Program-made: the position numbers and the translations under genes
Shown here: one piece after another, positions 1-9,851 of the stretch
How the letters are laid out: each line of letters begins with the position of its first letter
How positions within the stretch are numbered: the stretch's first letter is position 1
Notes under the pieces: model-generated
Seen by the model: only the letters and a program-made list of their open reading frames with translations
What the model was told of the DNA's origin: nothing
Databases searched by the model: none
From: an uncultured delta proteobacterium
GTDB taxonomy: Bacteria; Desulfobacterota; Binatia; UBA9968
Direction of reading: 5' to 3'
Length of the DNA stretch: 64,000 nt
Assembly: GCA_963727625.1 (NCBI GenBank)
Contig: CAVSHR010000005.1
Location: 160,001 to 224,000 of the forward strand

Positions 1-907
1 ACAGCGGTACAGTAAAAATATCACCCTCTTGCCATTCCAATACTTGCTTGCCGATGCTCGTGCGGCCGGAACCGCGGAAGGCATGGTAGATCACGTTGCT
101 GGTATGCCGATGGGCTTGGGTCTTCTCGCGCGGCCGGAGCAGCTGGATTTCGCAACCCATCGTGCGTAGCGTCGGCCCGCCGTGGCCGGGATGAATATAG
201 CGCAGCAGCACGCCGTCATAGGGATCGCATTCTAGCACCGCCATCTTTTGCAAAGTCTCGTAGGTCTCGGTCCACGGATAGCGGAATGGCAAATCTTTAG
301 CTTCGCTCAGTGCCTCCGGCGGACGGGCAAAGCCATATTTGTAGAGGCTGAAATTCGGGCTCGTCTCCACCGGCTGTTGATCGCGTCCGAAGCCTTGCAC
401 GGCGATCATGTCCAGCGACTTGACCAGCGGGCCGTCATGGCCGTCGAGCCAAACGATGTCCTCGGCCGAAGCGTTTAAGTGATCATGCCAGCACCAGTTC
501 GGCGTCAATACCAAATCTCCCGGCGCCATGCTGAAGCGCTCGCCGTTCACCGTGGTAAAGGCGCCTTGCCCTTTGACCACGAAACGGATCGCCGTGATCG
601 AGTGGCGATGGGCTTTGGCGACTTCGCCGGGCTTCACCAGCTGCACGGATAGATGCACCGTCGTCGAAACGCCGGTGGGGCCGGGTATGCCGGGATTCAT
701 GAGTCTAATGGTGCGCCGCTCGGATTGTTCCAGGCTCACCAGCTCGCGCGCCTGCATCAAACCGTGATAAATCTCCGGCCATCGCCATAGATGGGCTTGC
801 GCCGCAGCTTTGGGCTCGGTGTCATGACCGAACTCGACGATGTTCTCCGCCCAAAAGCCGGCCATATGCTTGGCGCGGAGCTCGCGATTGAGATCGTCGA
901 GATTCAT
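1..907 (-). CDS. Cupin-family dioxygenase, gentisate 1,2-dioxygenase-like (partial, runs off left edge)
   Basis: Manual translation from ATG at 907: MNLDDLNRELRAKHMAGFW...HLWRWPEI...ERRTIRLMNPG...LVKPGEVAKAHRHSITAIRFVVKG...GDLVLTPNWCWHDH; second cupin TQAHRHTSNVIYHAFRG. Confidence 0.85.
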   Translation of the reverse strand, partial: MNLDDLNRELRAKHMAGFWAENIVEFGHDTEPKAAAQAHLWRWPEIYHGLMQARELVSLEQSERRTIRLMNPGIPGPTGVSTTVHLSVQLVKPGEVAKAHRHSITAIRFVVKGQGAFTTVNGERFSMAPGDLVLTPNWCWHDHLNASAEDIVWLDGHDGPLVKSLDMIAVQGFGRDQQPVETSPNFSLYKYGFARPPEALSEAKDLPFRYPWTETYETLQKMAVLECDPYDGVLLRYIHPGHGGPTLRTMGCEIQLLRPREKTQAHRHTSNVIYHAFRGSGRTSIGKQVLEWQEGDIFTVPL

Positions 908-936
908 GGTCAATTCCGAGCAGGTAAACGTCGAGG

Positions 937-1641
937 CTATTGAATCTGTTGCATGTAGAAACCAAGCGCGCCGCGATAGGCGCGGTCGACAGCCATCGAC
1001 TCCCGCGCGCCCTTTAGCACGAGATCGCGATCTTCGGTGGTTTTAACGTAGCGTTCGAACATCTCGGAAATGTTTTCCGAGTGCTCGGTATCGGCGACCA
1101 CGTGGACGTCGAGCGAAATCATTTTTTTCAAATTGATGCCCATCTCGTTCTCAAACTTCTTGCCGACCCGGTAGGACATGCCGCCGCCCTTGACGATCTT
1201 GCCGTTGTTGCGCCGCTCGAGCATGTGCGACGCGGTATACGCGCTCAGCCAGTGGTTAGACATGGCGATATGATGCCAGGCGTGGAAACAGGCCTCCACC
1301 ATCGCCGGCACTTGGGCCTTCTCGAAATCCTCCGGCTTGAGACCGATGACCTCGCCCTGTTTGACCGTCAGAGCGTAGTGATCCATGCCGCAACGGGGAT
1401 CGTTCACCAATTCGTCGCTTTCATGCTCCCAGATAACCCGCTTCACTTCCAAGGGTGCGCCGCCCTGCACATAGCCCCAGCAGTCGCGCCGATTGGCGGT
1501 GTACAACGCATTTTGCACGACGTAAAACCTGCCCCGCTCCAGAGTCAACGGCACACTGAGGAACGTCTTGAACTCAACGCTTTCGAACTGGTCGTTGACC
1601 ATTTGGTCCAGGGTTTTCAGCAGGTCGTCCACGATATTCAT
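937..1641 (-). CDS. Heme-oxygenase-like (PqqC/CADD-type) iron-containing redox enzyme
   Basis: Start MNIVDD after GGAGG RBS; EHESDE...DH, LERRN and HVVADTEH (HxxxDxxH) candidate metal ligands. Confidence 0.75.
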   Translation of the reverse strand: MNIVDDLLKTLDQMVNDQFESVEFKTFLSVPLTLERGRFYVVQNALYTANRRDCWGYVQGGAPLEVKRVIWEHESDELVNDPRCGMDHYALTVKQGEVIGLKPEDFEKAQVPAMVEACFHAWHHIAMSNHWLSAYTASHMLERRNNGKIVKGGGMSYRVGKKFENEMGINLKKMISLDVHVVADTEHSENISEMFERYVKTTEDRDLVLKGARESMAVDRAYRGALGFYMQQIQ

Positions 1642-1685
1642 AAATTCTTTTTGCCTCCGTGTTTCGTTTGACGGCTGGATCGCTC

Positions 1686-2408
1686 TTAGGTCAGCGCCTC
1701 CATCATATCGGCGAGATGGCCCCGGTAGACCCGGTCTATCATCAAACTCTGTTTGGCGCCGCTCAGGATCGACCGGCGCGCCGATTCGGTCCTGGCGTAT
1801 TTGCATGCTACCTGCATCAACAGATGAGCGTGTTCCACGTCCATCACCACATGCTCGGCGTTGTTCACTTGTTTTTTCATCGGGATGCCGAGGTCGCGCT
1901 CGAACATGGCGCCGATACGGGAAGACAAAGAGCCGCCCTGAATCAGCTCGCCGGAGTTGCGCATTTCGAGTATGGCCGAACCGGCCATCGCTTCCAGCCA
2001 AGGTCGTTGCGCTAGACGAATCCATGCGCTAAAGCAAACTTCGCCGCCCTCCAGACGCGCCGTGCGCTCGAAGGCTTCCGCGCTCAGCCCCAACACCTTG
2101 CCCTCTTTGACCGCCAGCGTAATGTGGTCGATTTTGCCTTCCGCCTTCCGGCCCATAAGCTCGTCTTCCTCATGCTGCCAGATGAGCTTTTTGATATCGA
2201 GCGGCGCCGAGCCCTGCACATAGCCCCAGCCGTCGCGCCGGTTTTGCACGTAGTAAGCCATTTGAATGGAGTAATGTTGCGCTCGCTCCTTGGTAAATTT
2301 CATTCCAAGCAAGCGCCGGAACGGCTCAGAGTCATACTGCTCGTTACAGAGTCGAACCAGCTCTTGCCACATGGACTCTACGCTATCGGCTGCTTTGTTC
2401 ACTGACAT
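1686..2408 (-). CDS. Heme-oxygenase-like (PqqC/CADD-type) iron-containing redox enzyme, paralog of 937-1641
   Basis: NRRDGWGYVQGSAPL, QHEEDE...DH, LEMRN, HVVMDVEH; colinear with neighbour. Confidence 0.75.
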   Translation of the reverse strand: MSVNKAADSVESMWQELVRLCNEQYDSEPFRRLLGMKFTKERAQHYSIQMAYYVQNRRDGWGYVQGSAPLDIKKLIWQHEEDELMGRKAEGKIDHITLAVKEGKVLGLSAEAFERTARLEGGEVCFSAWIRLAQRPWLEAMAGSAILEMRNSGELIQGGSLSSRIGAMFERDLGIPMKKQVNNAEHVVMDVEHAHLLMQVACKYARTESARRSILSGAKQSLMIDRVYRGHLADMMEALT

Positions 2409-2616
2409 CTCTCCCCAAGTAATAGATTTTCCGGTTGCATCGCTCGCGCTGTTTGCATCATCCGACGCCAAAACGGCACGACGCATTTTCACTTACCGGC
2501 ACTCATCCCTTTTGGTTTTTAACACATGCGAGTTTCCGCTGTCCAACCAAGGAAGGCAGTCGGCAATAGCAACCAAGCTGAGGATCACTTTAGAGACTAT
2601 GCGATTCGTCGTCACT

Positions 2617-4086
2617 TCACACCCCGAAAGCCAAGCTCTTGATCACCACCGGGACAAAACCCTCACCCGGCACCACTTCGCCGACATCGATAAAGTCGAG
2701 TTCGCTCAGCCCAACCTCGTCGATACATGGCATATTCCAGTTCACCGATAACATGCCGCCGACCACTTGACCTATGTTCTGGACGAATACTAGAGCCACC
2801 GGCCGATCTTCCGCGGCTAATTCCGCCAACGCGTGATCGATACCCCGGGCCATCTCTTGCACCGCGCCGTAACCGGAGAATGGCGGCGTCGAAAACGCCA
2901 GCACGAAAGCCGTGCCGCGCACTTCGGAATCGCGCGCGGCGAGCATTTTCATGACCGCTGCGGCGGTGTTCTCTGCAACCGGCGCCTGCCAATCGACTTC
3001 GGCGACAAACACCCGCAGGTTGCGCACCGGCAGCTCCAGGCTCGCCGGGACGAAAATCGTTTCGCCGCTCAATTGCACGGTGTACTGCGACGCGCCGATC
3101 ACTGTGGCGCGGATGCCTTCCCCGGCTTCGAGAATGTTGAAACTCCTCTCTTCCGCCTGAGTTCGCAGCGCCCGCCCGAGATAAGGACCCAAATCGCCGA
3201 AGACTGCCGCTTCACGGCCATAGATATATTCACTCACGCCGCCGGAAAAAAGAATCCCATCGATGGCGGGAAGCTCACCCAGCGGCGCCGTGACGTAAAA
3301 ATCATCCCAAGGCTCGGCGCCGGCCGCCAACGCTTCGAATAGCGCCCGGGCCATGCGGCGCGCCAGCCGATCGCGCAAATCGCCGCTGACTTTGGCGCCC
3401 ATGTCGAGCGCTTGGCCGAGATCTTGGAGAAAGCGCCGTCCCCCCTTTTCCAATCGGACGATCGTCTCGTCGCCGTCGTGGGCAACCAGCCGCGCGCCGA
3501 TATTGACCGCTGTAGTCGCGCGGATCTTGCCTTTATCGATCACGCTGACCTTCGTCGTGCCGCCGCCGACGTCGATATTGAGCAACGCGAGGCCTTGCTC
3601 GCGGCTCTGCTGCACGGCGCCGGAGCCGTGCGCCGCCATGATCGTTTCCAACCTCGGGCCGGCGGTGGCGCAGACGAAGCGGCCGCTTTCATCGGAAAAC
3701 AGCTCGGCGATTTTTTGCGCATTGTCGCGCCGCGCCGCCTCGCCGGTGATGATCACCGCGCCGGTGTCGATATTATCGCGTGTGAGTCCGGCCTGCTGAA
3801 AAGTAGCGTCGACCAGCTCCTTCAGCGGGCCAGCTTCGATGCTCCAATCGCCGCTAAACGGCGTCAGCAATATCGGCGAGCGCGCAATCACATCACGCTC
3901 GAGCACGATCGGCTTTCGCTGCAGCACCGAGGGATAGCCGATCAACAACCGGGAAAACATCAAATGGGAAGTCGAAGAGCCGATATCGATACCGACGCTG
4001 GTCAGATGGGTGTGCGGCCCCGCGGCGCCTTCGTGGTCATGGCCATGGTCGCCGTGGCCGGGATGTTCGTGCGTGGTAATCGCCAT
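2617..4086 (-). CDS. eutA: EutA-family (ethanolamine ammonia-lyase reactivating factor-like) ASKHA ATPase
   Basis: SVGIDIGSSTSHLMFS, DTGAVIITGEA, FVCATAGPRLE, NIDVGGGTTK, IRATVIGASQYTVQLSG, C-terminal VPVVIKSL; His-rich N-terminus. Confidence 0.85.
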   Translation of the reverse strand: MAITTHEHPGHGDHGHDHEGAAGPHTHLTSVGIDIGSSTSHLMFSRLLIGYPSVLQRKPIVLERDVIARSPILLTPFSGDWSIEAGPLKELVDATFQQAGLTRDNIDTGAVIITGEAARRDNAQKIAELFSDESGRFVCATAGPRLETIMAAHGSGAVQQSREQGLALLNIDVGGGTTKVSVIDKGKIRATTAVNIGARLVAHDGDETIVRLEKGGRRFLQDLGQALDMGAKVSGDLRDRLARRMARALFEALAAGAEPWDDFYVTAPLGELPAIDGILFSGGVSEYIYGREAAVFGDLGPYLGRALRTQAEERSFNILEAGEGIRATVIGASQYTVQLSGETIFVPASLELPVRNLRVFVAEVDWQAPVAENTAAAVMKMLAARDSEVRGTAFVLAFSTPPFSGYGAVQEMARGIDHALAELAAEDRPVALVFVQNIGQVVGGMLSVNWNMPCIDEVGLSELDFIDVGEVVPGEGFVPVVIKSLAFGV

Positions 4087-4099
4087 CTTAGTCTCGGCT

Positions 4100-5056
4100 C
4101 TAGGTCCGAGCGGGTTCGTCGATAGGCACGAACAGATCGGCGATGGTCATTTTTTTCGCCAGCAGCCCCTGCTCGTCGGCATAGCGGATCAAGGCGTAAA
4201 GCGCCTTTTCATTGCCTTTGATGCCGAACTTCCACGGATCAGCGCCCAGCACCGCTTGCTGCTCTTCCCAGAGCTGGCGGTTCCACGCGAAGTTCGAATA
4301 GGTGGCGTCGGCGTCATCGCGCAGGGCCAAATTTTTCGCTGCGAGGCAGGCGTCGAACATCTCCTGGGCGGCGCCGGCATATTTTTCCAAGTAGGACGAA
4401 TGAAACGTAATCGCGTGGCTGGTCGGAAAAACTCCGGTGCGCCTATAATAGTCCTGCTCCACGGCCTTCGAGTCGGCGAGTAGCCGGCGCCAGCCCTTCT
4501 CCTCGGGAAAATCCGGCACGATGATCGCATCGAACTCGCCTTTGAGCATGCGCGCCGCCAGCGACCCTTGCCCCGCCACGACGTCGAGTCGAATGCCCGC
4601 CGGCAAGGACAATTCCACCTTGTTGGGACGCGGCATGACCCAGTGGATGTCCTGCGGCTTGACGCCGTATTCTTCGCTCAGCACACCGCGCGCCCACAAA
4701 CCGCAGGTGTTGAGCCAGCTCGGGATACCGACCTTTTTGCCTTTGAGGTCGGCGGGCGCTTTGAGCAGTGAAGTTTCCGGCACAAATATATAAGATTGGC
4801 GAAACTTGCGGTTGGGAAACACCGGGATCGCCATGAAAGGCCTGCCACGGCTCTTGAGCGCGCAGTAGTTGGCCAGAGAAAATTCTCCGGTATCGTATTT
4901 CCCTTCGAGAAACTGCTCATGGCCATAGCCATCGTCTTCGAAAGGCACCGCCTTGAGCTCGAAGTTTTTCATCTTGACGCGGCCGTCGCATAAAGGGCGC
5001 GCGCGCAGGTGGTAGCCCGCGGCCAATGACAACACCGGTTTTTGACTGTCGCTCAT
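4100..5056 (-). CDS. 4,5-dihydroxyphthalate decarboxylase-like protein (periplasmic-binding-protein fold)
   Basis: EFSLANY...AIPVFPNRKFRQSYIFV, DLKGKKVG, WARGVLSEEYGV, YYRRTGVFPTSH, DPWKFGIKGN. Confidence 0.75.
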   Translation of the reverse strand: MSDSQKPVLSLAAGYHLRARPLCDGRVKMKNFELKAVPFEDDGYGHEQFLEGKYDTGEFSLANYCALKSRGRPFMAIPVFPNRKFRQSYIFVPETSLLKAPADLKGKKVGIPSWLNTCGLWARGVLSEEYGVKPQDIHWVMPRPNKVELSLPAGIRLDVVAGQGSLAARMLKGEFDAIIVPDFPEEKGWRRLLADSKAVEQDYYRRTGVFPTSHAITFHSSYLEKYAGAAQEMFDACLAAKNLALRDDADATYSNFAWNRQLWEEQQAVLGADPWKFGIKGNEKALYALIRYADEQGLLAKKMTIADLFVPIDEPART

Positions 5057-5988
5057 CGCAAACTCCTAAGGATGGAATAGTCGACCGCGTCGTTGAACGC
5101 CACGCTTTTTTGGTTTTCGCTGCGCGCGTAGGGGCCCTCGAGGGCCTTTTTCAATCGCGCTTCGGGCATGATCATGTCGTCGAGCATCACTTCACGAATT
5201 TCGTTATAGGCGTTCTCGGCGATCCGGTCGCTCACTTTGAAGCTTTGACGGATATAATCGACGCTGCCGGCACGGTCCTGCTTGATCCGTCGAAACGATT
5301 CGAGCAGCGCCTTGAGGCTTTTGCGCACGCGCTCCGGATGATTGCGCAGCCGCGCCTGGCTCGTCACCATGCCGTTGAACGGCGACTCGACCACGTCGCC
5401 GGTCTTGGCCAGGACTTTGAAACCTTGAAGCGCCATCTCGCCGGTAAACGGCGGGCTCAACACCGAGGCATCGAGCGAGCCCTGCTGCAGGCCGATCATG
5501 CTGACGATCGTGCTGCCGGTTTGGATAAAGGTTACTTTCTTAATGTCGACACCGTTCTGCGTCAGCATCCATACGGCTGAGTTGTGGCTTTCGGAGCCGA
5601 TCCGCGACACTCCGACTTTTTTCCCCTCTAAATCCTTCGGGCGCTTGACGGCGGTACCGCCCACCAAAGAAAACAGCGGCGCGCGGTAAAGCACTGCCAG
5701 AACCTTAAGCGGCGCTCCCTTGCGCACCGCGTCAATGGCGGTACCGACACCGGACATGAAATCGAGCTCGCCCGAGACCACGCCGGCGACCTGCAGGTTG
5801 CTGCGCATTTGAATGATCTCGGCGCCCAATCCTTCTCTGCCGAAGAAACCATTATCCTTGGCAAAGAAGTAAGGCATCAAGACAACGTTGCGCACGGACA
5901 CCGCGATCCGCACCCGGTCCTGCGCCGGCGCGGAAGCCGCGGACAACAGCACGATGACGGCAAGGGCGGATGGTCGGAGCGATTTCAT
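5053..5988 (-). CDS. ABC-type substrate-binding protein, SsuA/NMT1 family
   Basis: Signal peptide; AKDNGFFGREGL, DLEGKKVGVSRIGS, LSPP, C-terminal VDYSILRSL. Confidence 0.85.
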   Translation of the reverse strand: MKSLRPSALAVIVLLSAASAPAQDRVRIAVSVRNVVLMPYFFAKDNGFFGREGLGAEIIQMRSNLQVAGVVSGELDFMSGVGTAIDAVRKGAPLKVLAVLYRAPLFSLVGGTAVKRPKDLEGKKVGVSRIGSESHNSAVWMLTQNGVDIKKVTFIQTGSTIVSMIGLQQGSLDASVLSPPFTGEMALQGFKVLAKTGDVVESPFNGMVTSQARLRNHPERVRKSLKALLESFRRIKQDRAGSVDYIRQSFKVSDRIAENAYNEIREVMLDDMIMPEARLKKALEGPYARSENQKSVAFNDAVDYSILRSLR

Positions 5989-5991
5989 AAA

Positions 5992-6936
5992 TCACTTAAG
6001 GCCGCGCAGCAAGGAGAAGTCGAACATATCGGCGGCTTTCAATCGCTTGGGAAGCTCCCCCCGCACGTAAGAATCGTCCAGATATTTTTGAATCTTCTCA
6101 CCGCTGAGCATCAATGAATCCACCATCACGCCATCGATCTCGTCGTAGGATGCCGAGGCGTTCGCCGCGCTCACCTTGAAGTTCTTCCCGATGTAAGAAA
6201 CCACCGCCGGTTTGTCGCGCCGGATCAGCGCCGTAACTTCCCGCATGGAGCGCAGCATGTTGCGCACCTGCTCGGGTTGGCGCTCGACTTTCTGGCGATT
6301 GGCCACCAGGCCGAGCCATGGCACTTCGGCGAGGGAGCGGCTCCGGCCCAGGATCTTGTATCCCTTTTCAGCCATGATTCCCGTAAAGGGCGGGCTAAGC
6401 ACCGCCGCGTTGACCGAGCCCTGTTGGATCGCGGTCAAGCTCACCGTCGTGCTGCCGGTTTGAATAAAAGTCACCTTCTTCGGATCGCCGCCGCCGTGCT
6501 CGATCATCCGCGAGCCATATCGATAGCTCTCCGAGCCGATCCGCGATACTGCGACTTTCTTGCCTTCCAGTTCCTTCACGCTCGCAACCCCCGCCGGGCT
6601 CACTAGAGCAAAAAGCGGCGCGCTGTACAGTACCGCCAGCGCTTTCAACGGCATGCCGTTGGCGAACGCGGCGCCCGCCGGCCCCACCGATGGCGTGTAA
6701 TCGATCTCCCCGGAAGCCAAGCCGGCAAGCTGCAAGTCGCTGCGCATCTGGATGATCTCGACGTTGAGTCCGTGCTTTTCAAAGATTTTCCTATCTTTGG
6801 CGTAATAGAAAGGCAGGAACACCACGTTGCGCACGGAAAGACCCAGGCGCACCCGCTCCTGCGCCGACACCGGCGCCAGTGAATACGATCCGATCAAAAC
6901 GGTAACCAATAGTGCAAGTTTTAGTCTAAGATTCAT
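5992..6936 (-). CDS. ABC-type substrate-binding protein, SsuA/NMT1 family (tandem paralog)
   Basis: Shares SVRNVV, IIQMRS, KKVTFIQTGST and LSPPFTG with 5053-5988. Confidence 0.85.
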   Translation of the reverse strand: MNLRLKLALLVTVLIGSYSLAPVSAQERVRLGLSVRNVVFLPFYYAKDRKIFEKHGLNVEIIQMRSDLQLAGLASGEIDYTPSVGPAGAAFANGMPLKALAVLYSAPLFALVSPAGVASVKELEGKKVAVSRIGSESYRYGSRMIEHGGGDPKKVTFIQTGSTTVSLTAIQQGSVNAAVLSPPFTGIMAEKGYKILGRSRSLAEVPWLGLVANRQKVERQPEQVRNMLRSMREVTALIRRDKPAVVSYIGKNFKVSAANASASYDEIDGVMVDSLMLSGEKIQKYLDDSYVRGELPKRLKAADMFDFSLLRGLK

Positions 6937-6966
6937 CTCGCAATTAACCCTCCCGATAAAGTAAAC

Positions 6967-7371
6967 TCAATTTAAGCAGTCCTCGCGTTGACCTCGGCAC
7001 TGAGCACAATGCTCGATGATTTCATATTTCGATCGGTCGGCGTAATGGTACGGTCCGACATGGCCCACCGCTTCGGCGCCGATCGCCTTGGCGTGCTTGC
7101 CTAGATCGATGGCGGTAAATGGATCGACGGAACCGATATGCACGACTACAGGCACACGATGCTTGACCCGCTGGATGATGATTTCCGCCACCTTCTTTCG
7201 TTCCTCCGGCGTCATCGCCGGCCCCTGGCCATAGGAACCCAAAACGAAAAACGCCTGCACGCCACACGCGATATACCAGTCGGTCAGCTCGCCCATGAGT
7301 TTTTCATCGACGCGCCCATCGTCGAGAAACACCGTCGGACTGGGCAAGACGATGCCCCTAACCTGTTCCAT
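6967..7371 (-). pseudogene. Truncated dihydrodipicolinate synthase/aldolase-family gene
   Basis: MEQVRGIVLPSPTVFLDDGRVD...FVLGSYGQG...VPVVVHIG...PYHY; ends after ~134 aa, before the Schiff-base Lys region of a ~300 aa family member. Confidence 0.7.
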
Positions 7372-7538
7372 CCCAGTACAACCTCCTGCTAAAGACGGCG
7401 CTCCGATCCGCGCTGTCAATCTTTCACCGCAGAGGACGCGAAGATTCGACTCGCCAGCATTGCCCAAGCCTCGCGCTAACTTCGTTTACTTTTCTATTCA
7501 GATAGCACTGCCCCAGTCAACCGCACATCGAACCCTTG

Positions 7539-8315
7539 TCAGGTCCGCTGCGCTTCCTCCAGCGCCGCGCGCAGCATCACGCCGTGCAAATCCACCGAGG
7601 TCATGGCACAATAATCAAGCCCGTAAGTAGGCCGCTCGTCGGCCATGCCGGTTTCCAACAGCCGCTGCAGCGCCATGCGATTGAAGCTCGCGTGCCCCAT
7701 CACGCCTTCTTCATGTTCGGCCAAATCAGCCTCGACATGGGTGGCGAAGTATGTCGCTTGGTCGCGGTCGAAACCGTAATGCGTGGTCAGCGCCTTGTAG
7801 CAGGCCGCCGACCAGTGGCCGATTTGCTCCTCGGTCGTCACCGCGGCATACCATTCCGCCGCCGTGCCTTCATAAACGATGGCGCGCATGAAATCGATCT
7901 TGCCGCGAAACTCCGAAAGCATCGACGTTGTAAAGACTTCCTCTTCGGTCAAACCGAAGGCTTGGGCGGTTTGCAGCATGACGAGAAAATGGCCCGGCGG
8001 CTTGGGATGAATGAACTCATCGGCGATCTTCTCGCCGATCGGCCCCATCAGATCGCGATTAACTTTAAAAAAGGTGATGTTGCGGTGATAGGTGCAGGCG
8101 GTGAGCGTGTTGATTTCGATGGTGTAAGCACCCCAGTTGCGGAAAAACAGTCGGAGGACCTTTTGCGGCAGCGTTCCCGCCATCAGTTGCTGCATAAAAG
8201 GCATCTGATTTACCTTACTTTCCCAACGCGCGCCCACCCGCGCGTAAAGCCCGTCAACGATCGCCTTCGCTTCGGCAGCCGAATATTTTTTGCCTAATTG
8301 GATTTTAAACGACAT
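7539..8315 (-). CDS. TenA/PqqC-like heme-oxygenase-fold protein
   Basis: PFMQQLMAGTL, IADEFIHPKPPGH, TEEQ, YFATHVEAD...H. Confidence 0.7.
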   Translation of the reverse strand: MSFKIQLGKKYSAAEAKAIVDGLYARVGARWESKVNQMPFMQQLMAGTLPQKVLRLFFRNWGAYTIEINTLTACTYHRNITFFKVNRDLMGPIGEKIADEFIHPKPPGHFLVMLQTAQAFGLTEEEVFTTSMLSEFRGKIDFMRAIVYEGTAAEWYAAVTTEEQIGHWSAACYKALTTHYGFDRDQATYFATHVEADLAEHEEGVMGHASFNRMALQRLLETGMADERPTYGLDYCAMTSVDLHGVMLRAALEEAQRT

Positions 8316-8336
8316 GGCCTTCCCTCGCATTCGTTT

Positions 8337-8570
8337 TCAGCAAAATTTCAATCTGATCTTCAGTTCCTTTCGCACTTCGCGCAAAAACGTGAAATTCCCC
8401 ACCTCGTCCGCTGTTTCCTTTCTCTCCGTCAGTATGTCCCATTGCTGATCGGTGATCTCGCCGTTCTCGCTGAGCGAGATGACCAGCAGATCGTAAGAGC
8501 CCTCCGCCACATCCGCCGCCTGGTTTAAAATAACGGATCATCCGCGGCACCACGTCCATCAAAAACGTCG
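8337..8570 (-). pseudogene. C-terminal remnant of an SsuA/NMT1-type binding-protein gene
   Basis: Alternative frame reads QAADVAEGSYDLLVISLSENGEITDQQWDILTERKETADEVGNFTFLREVRKELKIR, resembling the C-termini of neighbouring binding proteins; no intact 5' part. Confidence 0.45.
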
Positions 8571-8588
8571 ACCTGGGCACGCGGCGGA

Positions 8589-9698
8589 TTAAGCGGCGAA
8601 TCGCTCCGGCGAAAAGGGCGGTGATGTTTGACTGTGCCCGCCGATGAGCAGCTCCGCGGCCAGAGAACCCACTGCGGCACTGGTCGTCATCCCATGCCCG
8701 CCCAAACCGGCGGCCCAGAAGAAATTCTTGACACTGCCATCCCAGCCAATGACGAATCGCCCGTCCGGCGTCAACGTACGCATGCCGGCCCAGCATCGAT
8801 TGATGCTTACGCCGGCCAATCCCGGCATGAATCTCTCTATTTTTTCCGCTAACAATTCCTTGACGCTGTCATCGATCGGCGGATCACCCGGAACCAACTC
8901 GGTTTGATCGCAAGCACAGAGCAGCAACCCCTCTCCTTCCGGACGGAAGTAAAGATCGTGAGTGACATCCCAAACAAAGGGCCAACTGACATCGACCCAT
9001 TCCAGCGGCGGCGAGACAAAAAGGTGGCGCCGGCATGGCCGCAACGGCAGCTCCTGCACGCCCGCCAGTCCTGCAATGACGTTGGCCCATGCGCCGCTGG
9101 CGTTGACCAGGCTCTTCGCCTTTATCCTGTCGCCCGTGGTTGCGATTTCGAATTCCCCGTCGCGCGATTGAATCGAGCGCACTGCCGCATTGTATCGCAC
9201 GCGCGCGCCGCGGATCACCGCGCCCTTGAGATAACCGGACAGCAGCGCGTGGATATCGACGATGCCGTCGCTGGCGCACCAGATCGCTCCCTCGAATTCA
9301 GCTTGCTGCAGCGCCGGCACTTGGCGTTTGGCTTCCTCCGGAGTCCACGAAACGACGTCGATGCCCACGCGGCGGCCCGCTTCTGCGTCGTGCTCAAGCT
9401 TGCTCCACCCCGAGCCGCTGCCGAGCAGCAGAGACCCGTTTTGTTTGATTTGCAACGGTTCGGTCCAGTCCCCCGGCGGATGTCGTAAAAATGCCGCACC
9501 GTCGCGCGTCAGCTTCGCCAGGTCGGCGTCGGGAACGCATTGCCGCATCATCGCCGCGTTGCGCCCGGAAGAGTGAAAGCCCGGGATGCTCTCCTGCTCC
9601 AAAATCAGAATGCTCGCAACGCCGCGCCGGCTCAGATGGTAAGCGGTCGCGGCGCCGGCAAAGCCGGCGCCGATAATGACAAACTCGTAAGCGTCCAT
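8589..9698 (-). CDS. FAD-dependent oxidoreductase (DadA/glycine oxidase/sarcosine oxidase family)
   Basis: IIGAGFAG Rossmann motif, SSGRNAAM, VNASGAWA, WAGMRTLTPDGRFVIG, GLGGHGMTTS. Confidence 0.9.
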   Translation of the reverse strand: MDAYEFVIIGAGFAGAATAYHLSRRGVASILILEQESIPGFHSSGRNAAMMRQCVPDADLAKLTRDGAAFLRHPPGDWTEPLQIKQNGSLLLGSGSGWSKLEHDAEAGRRVGIDVVSWTPEEAKRQVPALQQAEFEGAIWCASDGIVDIHALLSGYLKGAVIRGARVRYNAAVRSIQSRDGEFEIATTGDRIKAKSLVNASGAWANVIAGLAGVQELPLRPCRRHLFVSPPLEWVDVSWPFVWDVTHDLYFRPEGEGLLLCACDQTELVPGDPPIDDSVKELLAEKIERFMPGLAGVSINRCWAGMRTLTPDGRFVIGWDGSVKNFFWAAGLGGHGMTTSAAVGSLAAELLIGGHSQTSPPFSPERFAA

Positions 9699-9851
9699 CG
9701 CGTGTTACCCTGCTCTGTCTTTTACTATACGAAGTCGCCGCCAATTCCAAAGGCTCGGGTTCGCGCTCCGGCCATCGACCGATGAGGCCGGTTGCCGCGG
9801 ATCGTTTTTGGGGTTTGAATCAACACCAAACTGCGCTATAGTCCAGTTCAA

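Noticed and set aside
1642-2025. N-terminal extension of the 362 aa ORF at 937-2025
   Set aside because: Overlaps the upstream paralog in another frame; the RBS supports a start at 1641
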